Source of the DNA: Anthoceros angustus
Lineage: Eukaryota > Plantae > Anthocerotophyta
NCBI GenBank assembly: GCA_010909165.1
Contig: VJWM01000361.1
Span: 1-39,585 of the forward strand
Length of the DNA: 39,585 nt
Reading direction: 5' to 3'
In this document: piece after piece, positions 33,968 to 39,585 of the stretch
How the letters are laid out: each line of letters starts with the position of its first letter
Position numbering within the stretch: position 1 is the first letter of the stretch
Notes under the pieces: generated by a model
The model's input: the letters and a program-made list of their open reading frames with translations, nothing else
Databases searched by the model: none
What the model was told of the DNA's origin: nothing
Made by a program: the position numbers and the translations under genes

Positions 33968-36450
33968 TGCCGTGGGGTGTGGACCTATAGTCGTGGGGTG
34001 TCGTTGTAGGTCTAGAAGCGGTGATTGGAGCGGCATGGTGAGGCGTGGCTGCATGCGTGGAGTGAGTTGAAGTTGCTCCAGTGTGTGAGGGAGCTTGGGG
34101 GTGTGAGGCGTGTGGTTTGTGCCTTGGATGCTGGTGACGACAACAAGAGTCTCATGGGACGAAACCTATTGTACTTAGCGACTGGGATAAGTGTGGCCAC
34201 TAGAGGGTGAATCTCGGAAGCCGGATCCTCCCACATTTTGGTTTTCCTCATTTTGGCGCCGTTCGGGACTCTTTGCTTTGGCAAGTCGGTAGTGGAAGAG
34301 GCATGAACATTGTTGAGAATCTCTAATCGGGGATGAGAAGAAGAAGTTTTATTGCGGGCATAGAGAGGAGATCGCCCGCTGATTTTTGCAAGTGGTGTGA
34401 GAGTTGCATGACGTGTAGAGGAAGAAGGCGAGGAGAGAGCTCTTGAGGAAGCTACATGTGCTAACATCTTCAAGGGTTCATGAGGAAGAAGAGGTAGTTT
34501 CTAAGAGCGGAGAAGGATGTGCTCACGGACAACAAGAGGAAGGAGGTTGTCGAGGAGTTCTTGTGGGGTGAGGGTCAAGAATTCGAGCCAGTGTTAGTAA
34601 TTTCGAGGGATTTGGAGGTCGAGCTAAGAATGCGAGCATGAGAGCGAGCTATTGCTGGGGCGTTGGTTAGAAGAAAGAGCTTGAGAGTGGGCATATGTTG
34701 TTGCTTCGCCAAGATTTCATGAGGATGATGTCTAGGAGGAAGTGGAGGTCGTGCTCTTGACCAATGGATAGTTTATGGAGGCTAGGTGGTGGCCGAGGGC
34801 TTTACTTTGAGGAAGGGGCCCCAGGGGACATGCTCAAGGTGTTGCCTTCGGACTGTGGTTGAGAGGAGGAACTTGAATTCGAGCTTGGAGGCTTGGATGC
34901 TTCTTTTGGCATCAAGGAGGAAGTAAATTGTTGAGGTTGTGTAGCTATTCACCGGGAGATGTCTAAGGCCATTGAAGAGCGGGCGAGTGCTTCCAATTTA
35001 TTGTCGGAGGAGTGTTCTTGTTGTATCGGCAGACGGGTTGGTACCGTGCTCAAGATGGGGTTGCCTATGTTGCAAGGAGGAGTCAAGTGGAGGAGCTATC
35101 TCAAGGAGGTTGCTTCAAGTTGCATCTTGAGGCTTTGCTTTGTCTTGATATGAGCAGTTGGAGATGGAAGAGACAAGGAAGCGAGGTGGGGAGAGAGTCA
35201 CTTGAAGGAAGTTGGAAGAATTTGAGGAGGAATTGCGGATTGAAGTGGACATCTTGAGGAAGGAGTGATGACCAAAGCCTTGAAGAGAGGAATTGCAAGC
35301 TTTTGAAGTTCTGAAGGATTATGTGGAAATTTGGTGGGGAGGCTTGGGAGCATTCATGGCACATTTAGGAGCTCGAGGTCTTGGAATTTGGAAGATGTCC
35401 TTCCACAACATGCACAGACAATGAGATGGAGAGGTTGTGTTTACAAGGAAGTGATGTTTTGTATTTTCACGGAAAGTGTACGTAGCTAGGAATCTAACAT
35501 GATGACCACTTGTCACTACGATGAATGGTGGAAGGCGATGGAGTATCTACAATGGTAGGTTGTTTGCAAACAACAAGTGAGGTGGGGAGTATGTGGAATA
35601 TGAAAGTTTGGGCACTCCTACTTTTGGATCAAAAGGATCAAACTAGAGCAAAACTAGAAGAGAAAGCGAGCGGAGAGAATTGAAGTGAAGTGGAAGAGAA
35701 TTGTCAAGATCTTGAGGCAATTTGTTGGAGAATGAGGAGTAGAGGGTGAAGGCAATTAAGCCAAGGAAGTAGCTTGAGGTTGCTGCAAGCCTGTTGATAG
35801 GCTTGCAGAGGCAAAGGCACGATTATTGGGGACCACCACCAAGTTTGAGGAAGGCAAAGTAATTTGCCACATGTGTGGAAGAAGTGAGACATGGCGGTGC
35901 TCATATTGCTGAGATTTTGCAGTGGGAGGACTGCTAGGTAGAGATGTGTGGCAAGGGTTGCTGCGGGAAGATGGGCCAAGTGCGTAATGGTGGAATTCAG
36001 GATCCTGCGGGCTCTAGGTTGGGAGCTCGGCATGCGAGAGGAGCGCAATTGTGCAAGGATGGGAGCGAGGAGCTCATGTTGAGGGTGAGCAGCCACAAGG
36101 GTTGCAAGAGGAGGCCATGGCGGTCGAGGCACATGGAAGTGCTCTTAATGGAGTCACGATGGGAGGATGGCATGATAGGTATTGTTGAACTAGGAAAGGC
36201 CATGGTAGAGCACTCACGGCGCTGAATTTGTAGCTGGGCTACAAGATGGAGGTGTGGCCAAACCATAGGAAGGCGTGTTGCGGTGGGTGCAACATGGTGA
36301 AGGATCACAACGGTGTGCATCATGACGGCGGAATTTGCAGTGGGGCTGCAAGTCAAAGTGAAGGGAGGCCGTGTGATGGCCGCGAGGAGAAATGGATAGC
36401 AAGGAGGGTTGGAGGCGTGAGAAGTTCACCGAGGGATAAGTTCATTTTAT
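33968..36450 (-). mobile_element. Highly decayed, 5'-truncated L1-type LINE (ORF2 RT region and C-terminus)
   Basis: Minus-strand pieces in LINE RT order: VWPHL...AFPSS..IPIMP; WPPLATL...ELLAPILAQLR...RRILNS; SHFFHTCGKL; HLLFANN (35559-35579, cf. HLLFADD); TSGHHV (cf. SGL.IN); INWKH...IYFLL. No endonuclease and no poly(A) tail seen. Confidence 0.5.
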
Positions 36451-36639
36451 TCTAGATGAGTGTTATGCACAAGCCAATTGGGTGTGTTGGACAATGAAAT
36501 GTAAGAACCCCTGAGTTAAGCGTCCTAGGGGTGGATTAGTACTGGGATGGGGCACCTTTTGTGTGAGGTGTTTCAGCTTGTTATATTTGCAGAAGTCACA
36601 TGAGAGCTAATTGGGAGATTGGGAGAGTGTTTGAGTGGT

Positions 36640-37560
36640 GCACCCTACGCGAAGGAGGTGTAGGGAGTGGTGAGGTCTCCCTCGTGGGGCGTGGGGCATG
36701 GCACTCCCTACCATAGGGAGTGACACCTAGGGAGGTGAAGTAGCGGTAGGGTGATGGTGGCCCTACAAGAATGGAGGGGCTCCTACATGACACTTTAAGC
36801 AGCGTGGGGTGTCAAATGGGTGCGTGGGGCGGGGTGACAAAGGTGACCCTACATAGAGTAGGCGTAGGGTGACAAAGGTGACCCTACATAGATAGGTCAT
36901 GGGGACGTGTGGGGTGACAAGGTGACCCTACATAGATAGGTCATGGGTCCCACGGGTATGTATGTGGGGTAGGACACCTTGTAGGGGGTTAGGGTAGAAG
37001 GTCATGGGGACGTGGGGCGTGGGGTGACAAAGGTGACCCTACATAGATAGGTCATGGGTCCTCAGCGTATGTATGTGGGGTAGGACGACACCTTGTAGGG
37101 TGAAGTAGCGGTAGGGTGACCCTACATAGGATAGGTAGGGCGAGGGTCCCCATGGGCGTGCGTGTGTCGACCCACAGGAGGTCCTATGTAGGGGCGAGGG
37201 TCCTCAGATAGGGCAGTGCGTGTGTCGACCCACAGCAGATGATGCGTGTGGTAGCGGTAGGGTGAAGTAGCGGTAGGGAGGTGCGTGTGGTAGCAGGTAG
37301 GGAGGGTGAAGTAGCAGTGTAGGACGGTGCGTGTGGTAGCAGGTAGGGAGGGTGAAGTAGCAGGTAGGGTGAAGTAGCAGGTAGGGTGACCAGGGTGACC
37401 ATGCATAGATAAGATGTGGGGTGACAGGGGTGACCATGCATAGATAAGATAAGATGTGGGGTGACAGGGGCTCCCTACGGACGGTAGTTGGATAGGTAGG
37501 TAGGATGAGAGTGTCATGAGAGTGTCTCCCTACCATAGGGAGTGGTGAGGTCTCCCTACG
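36640..37560 (+). repeat. G-rich modular subtelomeric repeats
   Basis: Recurrent modules GGTGACAAAGGTGACCCTACATAG, GTGAAGTAGC(G/A)GGTAGGG, GTGCGTGTGGTAGCAGGTAGGG, GTGCGTGTGTCGACCCACAG and GGTGACCATGCATAGATAAG in shuffled order. Confidence 0.75.
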
Positions 37561-37799
37561 TGGGCAGCGGAGATGGGGTGCGACACCCTACTTGGATACT
37601 TGGAAAGCTTACTTGGATAATTGGGAAGCAAGTTTTCCAGATAAGGCAGGTACAAACCTAGGAAGTTGCTAAAGAGGGCTGCATAGGCAAGGTTGTGGAT
37701 AAATAGGATATATTAGGAATAATAGCACATAAATATGTGGGGTAGGTAGTGTAGGGTGTGGCCATGCAAGCGGGGTGTGAGTGGCACCTAGGAAGCTTG

Positions 37800-37945
37800 C
37801 GGTGCGGAAGAGCTTGTGCATGCAAGGGAAAGCTAGGGCAAGGACTTGGTGCTTTGGCTTGGTGTAGGGAGTGACACCTAGGGGAGCCCTGGGGAGTACG
37901 CGGAAGAGCTTGTGCATGCAGGAAAGCTAGAGCAAGGACTTGGTG
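37800..37945 (+). repeat. Imperfect direct repeat (two ~45 bp copies)
   Basis: GCGGAAGAGCTTGTGCATGCA(A)GG(G)AAAGCTAG(G/A)GCAAGGACTTGGTG near 37805 and 37900. Confidence 0.7.
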
Positions 37946-38050
37946 GGGAGCCCGTGTGTGCAAGGAGAAGGAGGTGTGCGTGCATAAGGGTTGTGTGTGA
38001 AGAGATTTGAAGCACAAGCGTGAAGAGGGCAAGGGCGAATTTTTGTGCCT

Positions 38051-38150
38051 AGGACCTTGCAAGTGAGGGATTTGGGCGCATAAGGACCTTGCAAGTGAGG
38101 GATTTGGGCGCATAAGGACCTTGCAAGTGAGGGATTTGGGCGCATAAGGA
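38051..38150 (+). repeat. Minisatellite, 3 perfect 32-bp units
   Basis: AGGACCTTGCAAGTGAGGGATTTGGGCGCATA x3 (38051-38146) plus AGGA. Confidence 0.9.
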
Positions 38151-38441
38151 GGTTGTATCTGAGGACATCAAGTTTGAGCTAGGTGGGATGTGGAGTGAAG
38201 AGGAAGTAAGTGGAAAAGGGCTGAAGTTGCTCTCTTGGTGGATTTTTGTGTGGCGAGTGAAGAAAGCTTGCAATTGTGCGTGGGGCGGGGTGACAACTAG
38301 GTGGAAACGAAACGCGTGCGTGCCAAGCTTGTCTTGTTTGTGCGATTATTTTGAAGGTGCAAGATGGTGAAAGCGCACCTAAGAAGAACAAATTAGTTGC
38401 TAGGGGAGCCAGGAGAAATCTGAGATGCAGAATTTAATTGC

Positions 38442-39571
38442 TTAGGGTTTTAGGGTTTAGGGTTTTAGGGTTAGGGTTTAGGGTTTAGGGTTTAGGGTTT
38501 AGGGTTTGAGGTTAGGGTTTGAGGGTTGAGGTTGAGGTTTAGGTTTGAGGTTTAGGTTTGAGGTTTAGGTTTGAGGGTTTGAGGTTTAGGTTTGAGGTTT
38601 AGGGTTTTGGGTTTAGGTTTGAGGTTTAGGTTTGAGGTTTAGGTTTGAGGGTTTGAGGTTAGGGTTTGAGTTTGAGGTTAGGGTTTAGGTTTGAGGTTTA
38701 GGGTTTTAGGGTTTTAGGGTTTGAGGGTTTTAGGGTTTGAGGGTTTTCGGGTTTTAGGGTTTTAGGGTTTTAGGGTTTTCGGGTTTTAGGGTTTGAGGGT
38801 TTTAGGGTTTTAGGGTTTAGGGTTTTAGGGTTTAGGGTTTTAGGGTTTAGGGTTTTAGGGTTTAGGGTTTTAGGGTTTAGGGTTTTAGGGTTTTAGGGTT
38901 TTGGGTTTAGGGTTTAGGGTTTTAGGGTTTTGGGTTTAGGGTTTTGGGTTTTAGGGTTTTAGGGTTTAGGGTTTAGGGTTAAGGGTTTAGGGTTGAGGGT
39001 TTAGGGTTGAGGGTTTAGGGTTTAGGGTTTAGGGTTTAGGGTTTAGGGTTTTAGGGTTTAGGGTTTAGGGTTTAGGGTTTTAGGGTTTTAGGGTTACGGG
39101 TTTTAGGGTTTAGGGTTTTAGGGTTTAGGGTTTTAGGGTTTAGGGTTTAGGGTTTAGGGTTTAGGGTTTAGGGTTTAGGGTTTTAGGGTTTAGGGTTTTA
39201 GGGTTTAGGGTTTAGGGTTTAGGGTTTAGGGTTTAGGGTTTAGGGTTTTAGGGTTTAGGGTTTAGGGTTTTAGGGTTTTAGGGTTTAGGGGTTTAGGGTT
39301 TAGGGTTTTAGGGGTTTAGGGTTTAGGGTTTAGGGTTCAGGGTTTGAGGGTTCAGGGTTTGAGGGTTCAGGGTTTGAGGGTTCAGGGTTTAGGGTTCAGG
39401 GTTTAGGGTTCAGGGTTGAGGGTTTCAGGGTTTGAGGTTCAGGGTTTGAGGTTTAGGGTTTAGGGTTTTAGGGTTTAGGGTTCAGGGTTTAGGGTTTTAG
39501 GGTTTAGGGTTTTGGGTTTAGGGTTTAGGGTTTAGGGTTTAGGGTTTAGGGTTTAGGGTTTAGGGTTTTAG
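38442..39571 (+). repeat. Plant-type telomeric array (TTTAGGG)n with TTTTAGGG, TTTGAGG(G), TTTAGG, TTCAGGG and TTTTCGGG variants
   Basis: Directly visible. The G-rich strand runs 5'->3' toward the window end, as expected for a chromosome terminus. Confidence 0.96.
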
Positions 39572-39585
39572 CGTCCAGCGCCGCG

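Noticed and set aside
35340-35420. IVCACCG...FQDLELL as a possible Helitron-associated Cys motif
   Set aside because: No Rep or helicase motifs nearby, and it falls inside the inferred LINE ORF2 span.
36307-36351. HCKFRRHDAHRC as a possible LINE ORF1 zinc knuckle
   Set aside because: The spacing needs a frameshift, and the neighbouring frame fits the pre-RT part of ORF2 better.
38051-38150. 32-bp repeats as a CRISPR array
   Set aside because: The units are contiguous with no spacers, the context is eukaryotic, and there are no cas genes.

Overview
This window is the end of a plant-type chromosome (or of a long read reaching one). About 38.4 kb of nested, degenerate retroelements with no recognisable host gene lead into a ~1.1 kb (TTTAGGG)n telomeric array with zoned variant repeats. 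The order is as follows. (1) A Ty3/gypsy remnant 'C' (+; integrase tail, 3' region, accessory ORF), with a complete Ty1/copia element (676-7882; LTRs, Met-tRNA PBS, PPT, TSD) inserted in its integrase. (2) A GC-rich non-chromoviral gypsy copy 'A' (-; ~11203-21633) inserted in C's accessory ORF. (3) An internally deleted gypsy element 'D' (-; 21634-~25445) inserted in A's gag; it encodes gag, protease, a C5 DNA-methyltransferase domain, the start of RT and a PHD-finger tail. (4) A second copy 'B' of the A family in opposite orientation (+; 25462-~33967), forming a large head-to-head inverted repeat. (5) A decayed, 5'-truncated L1-type LINE (-). (6) G-rich modular subtelomeric repeats. (7) The telomere. 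The most notable system is the DNMT+PHD retrotransposon D. Nearly every coding region has many 1-bp indels, and there are several microhomology-joined rearrangements, so raw or unpolished long-read error or misassembly cannot be separated from real decay. All domain calls come from manual translation across frameshifts and motif recognition; no searches were run.
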